Positions 1 through 15,000 of a stretch of 64,000 nt of DNA are shown piece by piece. Under the pieces are notes generated by a model. The model was not told the origin of the DNA. It saw only the letters and a list, made by a program, of their open reading frames with translations, and did no database searches. The stretch is taken from the NCBI GenBank assembly GCA_964247055.1, contig OZ176051.1, positions 11,780,001-11,844,000 on the forward strand, given 5' to 3'. The position numbers were made by a program, and so were the translations under genes. The DNA is from Paragordius varius (taxonomy: Eukaryota; Animalia; Nematomorpha). How positions within the stretch are numbered: position 1 is the stretch's first letter; every line of letters begins with the position of its first letter.

Positions 1-3000
1 AATATATTATATTGTTGGGAATATTATTTGATTGTTTAAAAAATATGGCTTTATTGTTGGAAATACTAAAATATTATTGGGTAATATATGTTCATTGTTG
101 GAAAACTAAAATATTATTGGTTAATATATTTTGATTGTTGGTAATATTATTTGATTGTTTAAAAAATATGGGTGAATGTTGGAAATACTATAATATTATT
201 GGGTAAGTTAAAAAAATATGGTTGATTGTTGACTAAAATATTCTTAGGTAATATATTTTGATTGTTGGAAATAATAAAATATTTGTGGGTAATATATTTT
301 TATTGTTTGGCATATTATTTGAATGTTCAAAAAATATGGGTGATTGTTGGAAATATTAAAATATTATTTGATAAGTTGAAAAAATATGGCTGATTGTTGG
401 AAATACTAAAAAATTCTTGGGTAATATATGTAGATTGTTGGAAAACTAAAATATTATTGGTTAATATATTTTGATTGTTGGGAATATTATTTGATTGTTT
501 AAAAAATATGGTTGATTGTTGGAAATACTAAAATATTCTTAGGTAATATATTTTGATTGTTGGAAATAATAAAATATTTGTGGGTAATATATTTTGATTG
601 TTGGGAGTTTTATTTGATTGTTGAAAAAATATGGTTGATTGTTGGAAATACTAAAATATTCTTAGGTAATATATTTTGATTGTTGGAAGTACTAAATTAT
701 TTGTGGGTAATATATTTAGATTGTTGGGAATATTATTTGATTGTTGAAAATATATGGTTGATTGTTGGAAATACTAAAATATTCTTAGGTAATATATTTT
801 GATTGTTGGAAATAATAAAATATTTGTGGGTAATATATTTTTATTGTTGCGAGTTTTATTTGATTGTTGAAAAAATATGGTTGATTGTTGGAAATACTAA
901 AATATTATTGGTTAATATATTAAATTGTTAAGAATATTATTTGATTGTTTAAAAAATATGGCTGATTGTTGGAAATACTAAAATATTATTGGTTAATATA
1001 TGTTCATTGTTGGAAAACTAAAATATTATTGGGTAATATATGTTCATTGTTGGAAAACTAAAATATTATTGGTTAATATATTTTGATTGTTGGTAATATT
1101 ATTTGATTGTTTAAAAAATATGGGTGAATGTTGGAAATACTATAATATTATTGGGTAAGTTAAAAAAATATGGTTGATTGTTGGAAATACTAAAATATTC
1201 TTAGGTAATATATTTTGATTGTTGGAAATAATAAAATATTTGCGGGTAATATATTTTGATTGTTGGGAGTTTTATTTGATTGTTGAAAAAATATGGTTGA
1301 TTGTTGGAAATACTAAAATATTCTTAGGTAATATATTTTGATTGTTGGAAATAATAAAATATTTGCGGGTAATATATTTTTATTGTTCCGAGTTTTATTT
1401 GATTGTTGAAAAAATATGGTTGATTGTTGGAAATACTAAAATATTATTGGTTAATATATTATATTGTTGGGAATATTATTTGATTGTTTAAAAAATATGG
1501 TTGATTGTTGGAAATACTAAAATATTATTGGTTAATATATTATATTGTTGGGAATATTATTTGATTGTTTAAAAAATATGGCTGATTGTTGGAAATACTA
1601 AAATATTCTTGGGTAATATATGTTGATTGTTGGAAAACTAAAATATTATTGGGTAATATATGTTCATTGTTGGAAAACTAAAATATTATTGGTTAATATA
1701 TTTTGATTGTTGGTAATATTATTTGATTGTTTAAAAAATATGGGTGAATGTTGGAAATACTATAATATTATTGGGTAAGTTAAAAAAATATGGTTGATTG
1801 TTGGAAATGCTAAAATATTCTTAGGTAATATATTTTGATTGTTGGAAATAATAAAATATTTGTGGGTAATATATTTTTATTGTTGCGAGTTTTATTTGAT
1901 TGTTAAAATATATGTGTGATTGTTGGAAATACTAAAATATTCTTAGGTAATATATTTTGATTGTTGGAAATAATAATATATTTGTGGGTAATATATTTTG
2001 ATTGTTGGGAGTTTTATTTGATTGTTAAAAAATATGGGTGATTTTTGGAAATACTAAAATATTCTTAGGTAATATATTTTGATTGTTGGAAATAATAAAA
2101 TATTTGTGGGTAATATATTTTGATTGTTGGAAATAATAAAATATTTGTGGGTAATATATTTTGATTGTTGGGGGTTTTATTTCATTGTTAAAAAATATGG
2201 GTGATTGTTGGAAATACTAAAATATTCTTAGGTAATATATTTTGATTGTTGGAAATAATAAAATATTTGTGGGTAATATATTTTGATTGTTGGGAGTTTT
2301 ATTTGATTGTTAAAAAATATGGGTGATTGTTGAAAATACTAAAATATTCTTAGGTAATATATTTTGATTGTTGGAAATAATAAAATATTTGTGGGTAATA
2401 TATTTAGATTGTTGGGAAAATTATTAGATTGTTGAAAAAATATGCGTGATTGATGGAAATACTAAAATATTCTTAGGTAATATATTTTGATTGATGGAAA
2501 ACTAAAATATTATTGGTTAATATGTTTTGATTGTTGGGATTATTTGATTGTTTAAAAATATGGTTGAGTTTTGGGAATACTAAAATATTCTTGGGTAATA
2601 TATGTGTGATTGTTGGAAATACTAAAATATTCTTAGGTAATATATTTTGATTGTTGGAAATAATAAAATATTTGTGGGTAATATATTTTGATTGTTGGGA
2701 GTTTTATTTGATTGTTAAAAAATATGGGTGATTTTTGGAAATACTAAAATATTCTTAGGTAATATATTTTGATTGTTGGAAATAATAAAATATTCTTAGG
2801 TAATATATTTTGATTGTTGGAAATAATAAAATATTTGTGGGTAATATATTTTTATTGTTGCGAGTTTTATTTGATTGTTAAAATATATGGGTGATTGTTG
2901 GAAATACTAAAATATTCTTAGGTAATATATTTTGATTGTTGGGAATATTATTTGATTGAAAAAATATGGGTTTGGAAATATTAAAATATTATTGGGTAAT

Positions 3001-6000
3001 ATATGTTGATTGTTGGAAAACAAAAATATTATTGGTTAATATATTTTGATTGTTGGGAATATTATTTGATTGTTTAAAAATATGGGTGAATGTTGGAAAT
3101 ACTATAATATTATTATGTAAGTTGAAAAAATATGGTTGATTGTTGGAAATACTAAAATATTCTTAGGTAATATATTTTGATTGTTGGAAATAATAAAATA
3201 TTTGTGGGTAATATATTTTGATTGTTTGGCATATTATTTGATTGTTCAAAAAATATGGGTGATTGTTGGAAATATTAAAATATTATTTGGTAAGTTGAAA
3301 AAATATGGCTGATTGTTGGAAATACTAAAATATTCTTAGGTAATATATTTTGATTGTTGGGAATATTATTTGATTGAAAAAATATGGGTTTGGAAATATT
3401 AAAATATTATTGGGTAATATATGTAGATTGTTGGAAAACTAAAATATTATTGGTTAATATATTTTGATTGTTGGGAATATTATTTGATTGTTTAAAAAAT
3501 ATGGTTGAGTTTTGGAAATACTAAAATATTCTTAGCTAATATATTTTGATTGTTGTAAATAATAAAATATTTGTGGGTAATATATTTTGATTGTTGGGAG
3601 TTTTATTTGATTGTTGAAAAAATATGGTTGATTGTTGGAAATACTAAAATATTCTTAGGTAATATATTTTGATTGTTGGAAGTACTAAATTATTTGTGGG
3701 TAATATATTTAGATTGTTGGGAATATTATTTGATTGTTGAAAATATATGGTTGATTGTTGGAAATACTAAAATATTCTTAGGTAATATATTTTGATTGTT
3801 GGAAATAATAAAATATTTGTGGGTAATATATTTTTATTGTTGCGAGTTTTATTTGATTGTTGAAAAAATATGGTTGATTGTTGGAAATACTAAAATATTA
3901 TTGGTTAATATATTAAATTGTTAAGAATATTATTTGATTGTTTAAAAAATATGGCTGATTGTTGGAAATACTAAAATATTCTTGGGTAATATATGTTCAT
4001 TTTTGGAAAACTAAAATATTATTGGGTAATATATGTTCATTGTTGGAAAACTAAAATATTATTGGTTAATATATTTTGATTGTTGGGAATATTATTTGAT
4101 TGTTTAAAAAATATGGGTGAATGTTGGAAATACTATAATATTATTGGGTAAGTTAAAAAAATATGGTTGATTGTTGGAAATACTAAAATATTCTTAGGTA
4201 ATATATTTTGATTGTTGGAAATAATAAAATATTTGTGGGTAATATATTTTTATTGTTGCGAGTTTTATTTGATTGTTGAAAAAATATGGTTGATTGTTGG
4301 AAATACTAAAATATTATTGGTTAATATATTAAATTGTTGGGAATATTATTTGATTGTTTAAAAAATATGGCTGATTGTTGGAAATACTAAAATATTCTTG
4401 GGTAATATATGTTGATTGTTGGGATTATTTGATTGTTTAAAAAATATGGGTGAATGTTGGAAATACTATAATATTATTGGGTAAGTTAAAAAAATATGGT
4501 TGATTGTTGGAAATACTAAAATATTCTTAGGTAATATATTTTGATTGTTGGAAATAATAAAATATTTGTGGGTAATATATTTTTATTGTTGCGAGTTTTA
4601 TTTGATTGTTTAAAAAATATGGCTGATTGTTGGAAATACTAAAATATTCTTGGGTAATATATGTTGATTGTTGGGATTATTTGATTGTTTAAAAAATATG
4701 GGTGAATGTTGGAAATACTATAATATTATTGGGTAAGTTAAAAAAATATGGTTGATTGTTGGAAATGCTAAAATATTCTTAGGTAATATATTTTGATTGT
4801 TGGAAATAATAAAATATTTGTGGGTAATATATTTTTATTGTTGCGAGTTTTATTTGATTGTTAAAATATATGGGTGATTGTTGGAAATACTAAAATATTC
4901 TTAGGTAATATATTTTGATTGTTGGAAATAATAAAATATTTGTGGGTAATATATTTTGATTGTTGGGAGTTTTATTTGATTGTTAAAAAATATGGGTGAT
5001 TTTTGGAAATACTAAAATATTCTTAGGTAATATATTTTGATTGTTGGAAATAATAAAATATTTGTGGGTAATATATTTTGATTGTTGGGAGTTTTATTTG
5101 ATTGTTAAAAAATATGGGTGATTGTTGGAAATACTAAAATATTCTTAGGTAATATATTTTGATTGTTGGAAATAATAAAATATTTGTGGGTAATATATTT
5201 AGATTGTTGGGAAAATTATTAGATTGTTGAAAAAATATGCGTGATTGATGGAAATACTATAATATTATTTTATAAGTTGAAAAAATATGGTTGATTGTTG
5301 GAAATACTAAAATATTCTTAGGTTATATATTTTGATTGATGGAAAACTAAAATATTATTGGTTAATATGTTTTGATTGTTGGGATTATTTGATTGTTTAA
5401 AAAATATGGTTGAGTTTTGGAAATACTAAAATATTCTTGGGTAATATATGTTGATTATTGGAAAACTAAAATATTATTGGTTAATATATTTTGATTGTTG
5501 GGAATATTATTTGATTGTTTAAAAAATATGGTTGAGTTTTGGAAATACTAAAATATTCTTAGGTAAATTTTGATTGTTGGAAATAATAAAATATTCTTAG
5601 GTAATATATTTTGATTGTTGGAAATAATAAAATATTTGTGGGTAATATATTTTTATTGTTGCGAGTTTTATTTGATTGTTAAAATATATGGGTGATTGTT
5701 GGAAATACTAAAATATTCTTAGGTAATATATTTTGATTGTTGGGAATATTATTTGATTGTTTAAAAATATGGGTGAATGTTGGAAATACTATAATATTAT
5801 TATGTAAGTTGAAAAAATATGGTTGATTGTTGGAAATACTAAAATATTCTTAGGTAATATATTTTGATTGTTGGAAATAATAAAATATTTGTGGGTAATA
5901 TATTTTGATTGTTTGGCATATTATTTGATTGTTCAAAAAATATGGGTGATTGTTGGAAATATTAAAATATTATTTGGTAAGTTGAAAAAATATGGCTGAT

Positions 6001-9000
6001 TGTTGGAAATACTAAAATATTCTTAGGTAATATATTTTGATTGTTGGGAATATTATTTGATTGAAAAAATATGGGTTTGGAAATATTAAAATATTATTGG
6101 GTAATATATGTAGATTGTTGGAAAACTAAAATATTATTGGTTAATATATTTTGATTGTTGGGAATATTATTTGATTGTTTAAAAAATATGGTTGAGTTTT
6201 GGAAATACTAAAATATTCTTAGCTAATATATTTTGATTGTTGTAAATAATAAAATATTTGTGGGTAATATATTTTTATTGTTTGGCATATTATTTGAATG
6301 TTCAAAAAATATGGGTGATTGTTGGAAATACTAAAATATTCTTAGGTAATATATTTTGATTGTTGGGAATATTATTTGATTGAAAAAATATGGGTTTGGA
6401 AATATTAAAATATTATTGGGTAATATATGTAGATTGTTGGAAAACTAAAATATTATTGGTTAATATATTTTGATTGTTGGGAGTTTTATTTGATTGTTGA
6501 AAAAATATGGTTGATTGTTGGAAATACTAAAATATTCTTAGGTAATATATTTTGATTGTTGGAAGTACTAAATTATTTGTGGGTAATATATTTAGATTGT
6601 TGGGAATATTATTTGATTGTTGAAAATATATGGTTGATTGTTGGAAATACTAAAATATTCTTAGGTAATATATTTTGATTGTTGGAAATAATAAAATATT
6701 TGTGGGTAATATATTTTTATTGTTGCGAGTTTTATTTGATTGTTGAAAAAATATGGTTGATTGTTGGAAATACTAAAATATTATTGGTTAATATATTAAA
6801 TTGTTAAGAATATTATTTGATTGTTTAAAAAATATGGCTGATTGTTGGAAATACTAAAATATTCTTGGGTAATATATGTTCATTGTTGGAAAACTAAAAT
6901 ATTATTGGTTAATATATTTTGATTGTTGGGAATATTATTTGATTGTTTAAAAAATATAGGTGAATGTTGGAAATACTATAATATTATTGGGTAAGTTAAA
7001 AAAATATGGTTGATTGTTGGAAATACTAAAATATTCTTAGGTAATATATTTTGATTGTTGGAAATAATAAAATATTTGTGGGTAATATATTTTTATTGTT
7101 GCGAGTTTTATTTGATTGTTGAAAAAATATGGTTGATTGTTGGAAATACTAAAATATTATTGGTTAATATATTAAATTGTTGGGAATATTATTTGATTGT
7201 TTAAAAAATATGGCTGATTGTTGGAAATACTAAAATATTCTTGGGTAATATATGTTGATTGTTGGTAATATTATTTGATTGTTTAAAAAATATGGGTGAA
7301 TGTTGGAAATACTATAATATTATTGGGTAAGTTAAAAAAATATGGTTGATTGTTGGAAATACTAAAATATTCTTAGGTAATATATTTTGATTGTTGGAAA
7401 TAATAAAATATTTGTGGGTAATATATTTTGATTGTTGGGAGTTTTATTTGATTGTTAAAAAATATGGGTGATTGTTGGAAATACTAAAATATTCTTAGGT
7501 AATATATTTTGATTGTTGGAAATAATATAATATTTGTGGGTAATATATTTTGATTGTTGGGAGTTTTATTTGATTGTTAAAAAATATGGGTGATTGTTGG
7601 AAATACTAAAATATTCTTAGGTAATATATTTTGATTGTTGGAAATAATAAAATATTTGTGGGTAATATATTTAGATTGTTGGGAAAATTATTAGATTGTT
7701 GAAAAAATATGCGTGATTGATGGAAATACTATAATATTATTTTATAAGTTGAAAAAATATGGTTGATTGTTGGAAATACTAAAATATTCTTAGGTAATAT
7801 ATTTTGATTGATGGAAAACTAAAATATTATTGGTTAATATGTTTTGATTGTTGGGATTATTTGATTGTCTAAAAAATATGGTTGAGTTTTGGAAATACTA
7901 AAATATTCTTGGGTAATATATGTTGATTATTGGAAAATTAAAATATTATTGGTTAATATATTTTGATTGTTGGGAATATTAGATTGTTTAAAAAATATGG
8001 GTAAATGTTGGAAATACTATAATATTATTGGGTAAGTTGAAAAAATATTGTTAATTGTTGGAAATACTAAAATATTCTTAGGTAATATATTTTGATTGTT
8101 GGAAATAATAAAATATTTGTGGGTAATATATTTTGATTGTTGGAAGTTTTATTTGATTGTTAAAAAATATGGGTGATTGTTGGAAATACTAAAATATTCT
8201 TAGGTAATATATTTTGATTGTTGGAAGTACTAAAATATTTGTGGGTAATATATTTAGATTGTTGGGAAAATTATTAGATTGTTGAAAAAATATGCGTGAT
8301 TGATGGAAATACTATAATATTATTGGATAAGTTGAAAAAATATGGTTGATTGTTGGAAATACTAAAATATTCTTAGGTAATATATTTTGATTGATGGAAA
8401 ACTAAAATATTATTGGTTAATATGTTTTGATTGTTGGGATTATTTGATTGTCTAAAAAATATGGTTGAGTTTTGGAAATACTAAAATATTCTTGGGTATG
8501 TTGATTATTGGAAAACTAAAATATTATTGGTTAATATATTTTGATTGTTGGGAATATTAGATTGTTTAAAAAATATGGGTGAATGTTGAAAATACTATAA
8601 TATTATTGGGTAAGTTAAAAAAATATGGTTGATTGTTGGAAATACTAAAATATTCTTAGGTAATATATGTTGATTGTTGGAAAACTAAAATATTATTGGG
8701 TAATATATGTTCATTGTTGGAAAACTAAAATATTATTGGTTAATATATTTTGATTGTTGGTAATATTATTTGATTGTTTAAAAAATATGGGTGAATGTTG
8801 GAAATACTATAATATTATTGGGTAAGTTAAAAAAATATGGTTGATTGTTGGAAATACTAAAATATTCTTAGGTAATATATTTTGATTGTTGGAAATAATA
8901 AAATATTTGTGGGTAATATATTTTTATTGTTTGGCATATTATTTGAATGTTCAAAAAATATGGGTGATTGTTGGAAATATTAAAATATTATTTGATAAGT

Positions 9001-12000
9001 TGAAAAAATATGGCTGATTGTTGGAAATACTAAAAAATTCTTGGGTAATATATGTAGATTGTTGGAAAACTAAAATATTATTGGTTAATATATTTTGATT
9101 GTTGGGAATATTATTTGATTGTTTAAAAAATATGGTTGAGTTTTGGAAATACTAAAATATTCTTAGGTAATATATTTTGATTGTTGGAAATAATAAAATA
9201 TTTGTGTGTAATATATTTTGATTGTTGGGAGTTTTATTTGATTGTTGAAAAAATATGGTTGATTGTTGGAAATACTAAAATATTATTGGTTAATATATTA
9301 AATTGTTGGGAATATTATTTGATTTTTTAAAAAATATGGCTGATTGTTGGAAATACTAAAATATTCTTGGGTAATATATGTTCATTGTTGGAAAACTAAA
9401 ATATTATTGGGTAATATATGTTCATTGTTGGAAAACTAAAATATTATTGGTTAATATATTTTGATTGTTGGTAATATTATTTGATTGTTTAAAAAATATG
9501 GGTGAATGTTGGAAATACTATAATATTATTGGGTAAGTTAAAAAAATATGGTTGATTGTAGAAATACTAAAATATTCTTAGGTAATATATTTTGATTGTT
9601 GGAAATAATAAAATATTTGTGGGTAATATATTTTGATTGTTGGGAGTTTTATTTGATTGTTGAAAAAATATGGTTGATTGTTGGAAATACTAAAATATTC
9701 TTAGGTAATATATTTTGATTGTTGGAATAATAAAATATTTGTGGGTAATATATTTTTATTGTTCCGAGTTTTATTTGATTGTTGAAAAAATATGGTTGAT
9801 TGTTGGAAATACTAAAATATTATTGGTTAATATATTATATTGTTGGGAATATTATTTGATTGTTTAAAAAATATGGCTGATTGTTGGAAATACTAAAATA
9901 TTCTTGGGTAATATATGTTGATTGTTGGAAAACTAAAATATTATTGGGTAATATATGTTCATTGTTGGAAAACTAAAATATTATTGGTTAATATATTTTG
10001 ATTGTTGGTAATATTATTTGATTGTTTAAAAAATATGGGTGAATGTTGGAAATACTATAATATTATTGGGTAAGTTAAAAAAATATGGTTGATTGTTGGA
10101 AATACTAAAATATTCTTAGGTAATATATTTTGATTGTTGGAAATAATAAAATATTTGTGGGTAATCTATTTTTATTGTTGCGAGTTTTATTTGATTGTTG
10201 AAAAAATATGGTTGATTGTTGGAAATACTAAAATATTATTGGTTAATATATTATATTTTTGGGAATATTATTTGATTGTTTAAAAAATATGGCTGATTGT
10301 TGGAAATACTAAAATATTCTTGGGTAATATATGTTGATTGTTGGAAAACTAAAATATTATTGGGTAATATATGTTCATTGTTGGAAAACTAAAATATTAT
10401 TGGTTAATATATTTTGATTGTTGGTAATATTATTTGATTGTTTAAAAAATATGGGTGAATGTTGGAAATACTATAATATTATTGGGTAAGTTAAAAAAAT
10501 ATGGTTGATTGTTGGAAATGCTAAAATATTCTTAGGTAATATATTTTGATTGTTGGAAATAATAAAATATTTGTGGGTAATATATTTTTATTGTTGCGAG
10601 TTTTATTTGATTGTTAAAATATATGTGTGATTGTTGGAAATACTAAAATATTCTTAGGTAATATATTTTGATTGTTGGAAATAATAAAATATTTGTGGGT
10701 AATATATTTTGATTGTTGGGAGTTTTATTTGATTGTTAAAAAATATGGGTGATTGTTGGAAATACTAAAATATTATTGGTTAATATATTAAATTGTTAAG
10801 AATATTATTTGATTGTTTAAAAAATATGGCTGATTGTTGGAAATACTAAAATATTCTTGGGTAATATATGTTCATTGTTGGAAAACTAAAATATTATTGG
10901 TTAATATATTTTGATTGTTGGGAATATTATTTGATTGTTTAAAAAATATAGGTGAATGTTGGAAATACTATAATATTATTGGGTAAGTTAAAAAAATATG
11001 GTTGATTGTTGGAAATACTAAAATATTCTTAGGTAATATATTTTGATTGTTGGAAATAATAAAATATTTGTGGGTAATATATTTTTATTGTTGCGAGTTT
11101 TATTTGATTGTTGAAAAAATATGGTTGATTGTTGGAAATACTAAAATATTATTGGTTAATATATTAAATTGTTGGGAATATTATTTGATTGTTTAAAAAA
11201 TATGGCTGATTGTTGGAAATACTAAAATATTCTTGGGTAATATATGTTGATTGTTGGTAATATTATTTGATTGTTTAAAAAATATGGGTGAATGTTGGAA
11301 ATACTATAATATTATTGGGTAAGTTAAAAAAATATGGTTGATTGTTGGAAATACTAAAATATTCTTAGGTAATATATTTTGATTGTTGGAAATAATAAAA
11401 TATTTGTGGGTAATATATTTTGATTGTTGGGAGTTTTATTTGATTGTTAAAAAATATGGGTGATTGTTGGAAATACTAAAATATTCTTAGGTAATATATT
11501 TTGATTGTTGGAAATAATATAATATTTGTGGGTAATATATTTTGATTGTTGGGAGTTTTATTTGATTGTTAAAAAATATGGGTGATTGTTGGAAATACTA
11601 AAATATTCTTAGGTAATATATTTTGATTGTTGGAAATAATAAAATATTTGTGGGTAATATATTTAGATTGTTGGGAAAATTATTAGATTGTTGAAAAAAT
11701 ATGCGTGATTGATGGAAATACTATAATAGTATTGGATAAGTTGAAAAAATATGGTTGATTGTTGGAAATACTAAAATATTCTTAGGTAATATATTTTGAT
11801 TGATGGAAAACTAAAATATTATTGGTTAATATGTTTTGATTGTTGGGATTATTTGATTGTCTAAAAAATATGGTTGAGTTTTGGAAATACTAAAATATTC
11901 TTGGGTAATATATGTTGATTATTGGAAAATTAAAATATTATTGGTTAATATATTTTGATTGTTGGGAATATTAGATTGTTTAAAAAATATGGGTAAATGT

Positions 12001-15000
12001 TGGAAATACTATAATATTATTGGGTAAGTTGAAAAAATATTGTTGATTGTTGGAAATACTAAAATATTCTTAGGTAATATATTTTGATTGTTGGAAATAA
12101 TAAAATATTTGTGGGTAATATATTTTTATTGTTTGGCATATTATTTGAATGTTCAAAAAATATGGGTGATTGTTGGTAATATTATTTGATTGTTTAAAAA
12201 ATATGGGTGAATGTTGGAAATACTATAATATTATTGGGTAAGTTAAAAAAATATGGTTGATTGTTGGAAATACTAAAATATTCTTAGGTAATATATTTTG
12301 ATTGTTGGAAATAATAAAATATTTGTGGGTAATATATTTTTATTGTTTGGCATATTATTTGAATGTTCAAAAAATATGGGTGATTGTTGGTAATATTATT
12401 TGATTGTTTAAAAAATATGGGTGAATGTTGGAAATACTAAAATATTCTTAGGTAATATATTTTGATTGTTGGAAATAATAAAATATTTGTGGGTAATATA
12501 TTTAGATTGTTGGGAAAATTATTAGATTGTTGAAAAAATATGCGTGATTGATGGAAATACTATAATATTATTGGATAAGTTGAAAAAATATGGTTGATTG
12601 TTGGAAATACTAAAATATTCTTAGGTAATATATTTTGATTGTTGGAAATAATAAAATATTTGTGGGTAATATATTTAGATTGTTGGGAAAATTATTAGAT
12701 TGTTGAAAAAATATGCGTGATTGATGGAAATACTATAATATTATTGGATAAGTTGAAAAAATATGGTTGATTGTTGGAAATACTAAAATATTCTTAGGTA
12801 ATATATTTTGATTGATGGAAAACTAAAATATTATTGGTTAATATGTTTTGATTGTTGGGATTATTTGATTGTCTAAAAAATATGGTTGAGTTTTGGAAAT
12901 ACTAAAATATTCTTGGGTATGTTGATTATTGGAAAACTAAAATATTATTGGTTAATATATTTTGATTGTTGGGAATATTAGATTGTTTAAAAAATATGGG
13001 TGAATGTTGAAAATACTATAATATTATTGGGTAAGTTAAAAAAATATGGTTGATTGTTGGAAATACTAAAATATTCTTAGGTAATATATGTTGATTGTTG
13101 GAAAACTAAAATATTATTGGGTAATATATGTTCATTGTTGGAAAACTAAAATATTATTGGTTAATATATTTTGATTGTTGGTAATATTATTTGATTGTTT
13201 AAAAAATATGGGTGAATGTTGGAAATACTATAATATTATTGGGTAAGTTAAAAAAATATGGTTGATTGTTGGAAATACTAAAATATTCTTAGGTAATATA
13301 TTTTGATTGTTGGAAATAATAAAATATTTGTGGGTAATATATTTTTATTGTTTGGCATATTATTTGAATGTTCAAAAAATATGGGTGATTGTTGGAAATA
13401 TTAAAATATTATTTGATAAGTTGAAAAAATATGGCTGATTGTTGGAAATACTAAAAAATTCTTGGGTAATATATGTAGATTGTTGGAAAACTAAAATATT
13501 ATTGGTTAATATATTTTGATTGTTGGGAATATTATTTGATTGTTTAAAAAATATGGTTGAGTTTTGGAAATACTAAAATATTCTTAGGTAATATATTTTG
13601 ATTGTTGGAAATAATAAAATATTTGTGGGTAATATATTTTGATTGTTGGGAGTTTTATTTGATTGTTGAAAAAATATGGTTGATTGTTGGAAATACTAAA
13701 ATATTATTGGTTTATATATTAAATTGTTGGGAATATTATTTGATTTTTTAAAAAATATGGCTGATTGTTGGAAATACTAAAATATTCTTGGGTAATATAT
13801 GTTCATTGTTGGAAAACTAAAATATTATTGGGTAATATATGTTCATTGTTGGAAAACTAAAATATTATTGGTTAATATATTTTGATTGTTGGTAATATTA
13901 TTTGATTGTTTAAAAAATATGGGTGAATGTTGGAAATACTATAATATTATTGGGTAAGTTAAAAAAATATGGTTGATTGTAGAAATACTAAAATATTCTT
14001 AGGTAATATATTTTGATTGTTGGAAATAATAAAATATTTGTGGGTAATATATTTTGATTGTTGGGAGTTTTATTTGATTGTTGAAAAAATATGGTTGATT
14101 GTTGGAAATACTAAAATATTCTTAGGTAATATATTTTGATTGTTGGAATAATAAAATATTTGTGGGTAATATATTTTTATTGTTCCGAGTTTTATTTGAT
14201 TGTTGAAAAAATATGGTTGATTGTTGGAAATACTAAAATATTATTGGTTAATATATTATATTGTTGGGAATATTATTTGATTGTTTAAAAAATATGGCTG
14301 ATTGTTGGAAATACTAAAATATTCTTGGGTAATATATGTTGATTGTTGGAAAACTAAAATATTATTGGGTAATATATGTTCATTGTTGGAAAACTAAAAT
14401 ATTATTGGTTAATATATTTTGATTGTTGGTAATATTATTTGATTGTTTAAAAAATATGGGTGAATGTTGGAAATACTATAATATTATTGGGTAAGTTAAA
14501 AAAATATGGTTGATTGTTGGAAATACTAAAATATTCTTAGGTAATATATTTTGATTGTTGGAAATAATAAAATATTTGTGGGTAATCTATTTTTATTGTT
14601 GCAAGTTTTATTTGATTGTTGAAAAAATATGGTTGATTGTTGGAAATACTAAAATATTATTGGTTAATATATTATATTGTTGGGAATATTATTTGATTGT
14701 TTAAAAAATATGGCTGATTGTAGGAAATACTAAAATATTCTTGGGTAATATATGTTGATTGTTGGAAAACTAAAATATTATTGGGTAATATATGTTCATT
14801 GTTGGAAAACTAAAATATTATTGGTTAATATATTTTGATTGTTGGAATAATAAAATATTTGTGGGTAATATATTTTTATTGTTCCGAGTTTTATTTGATT
14901 GTTGAAAAAATATGGTTGATTGTTGGAAATACTAAAATATTATTGGTTAATATATTATATTGTTGGGAATATTATTTGATTGTTTAAAAAATATGGCTGA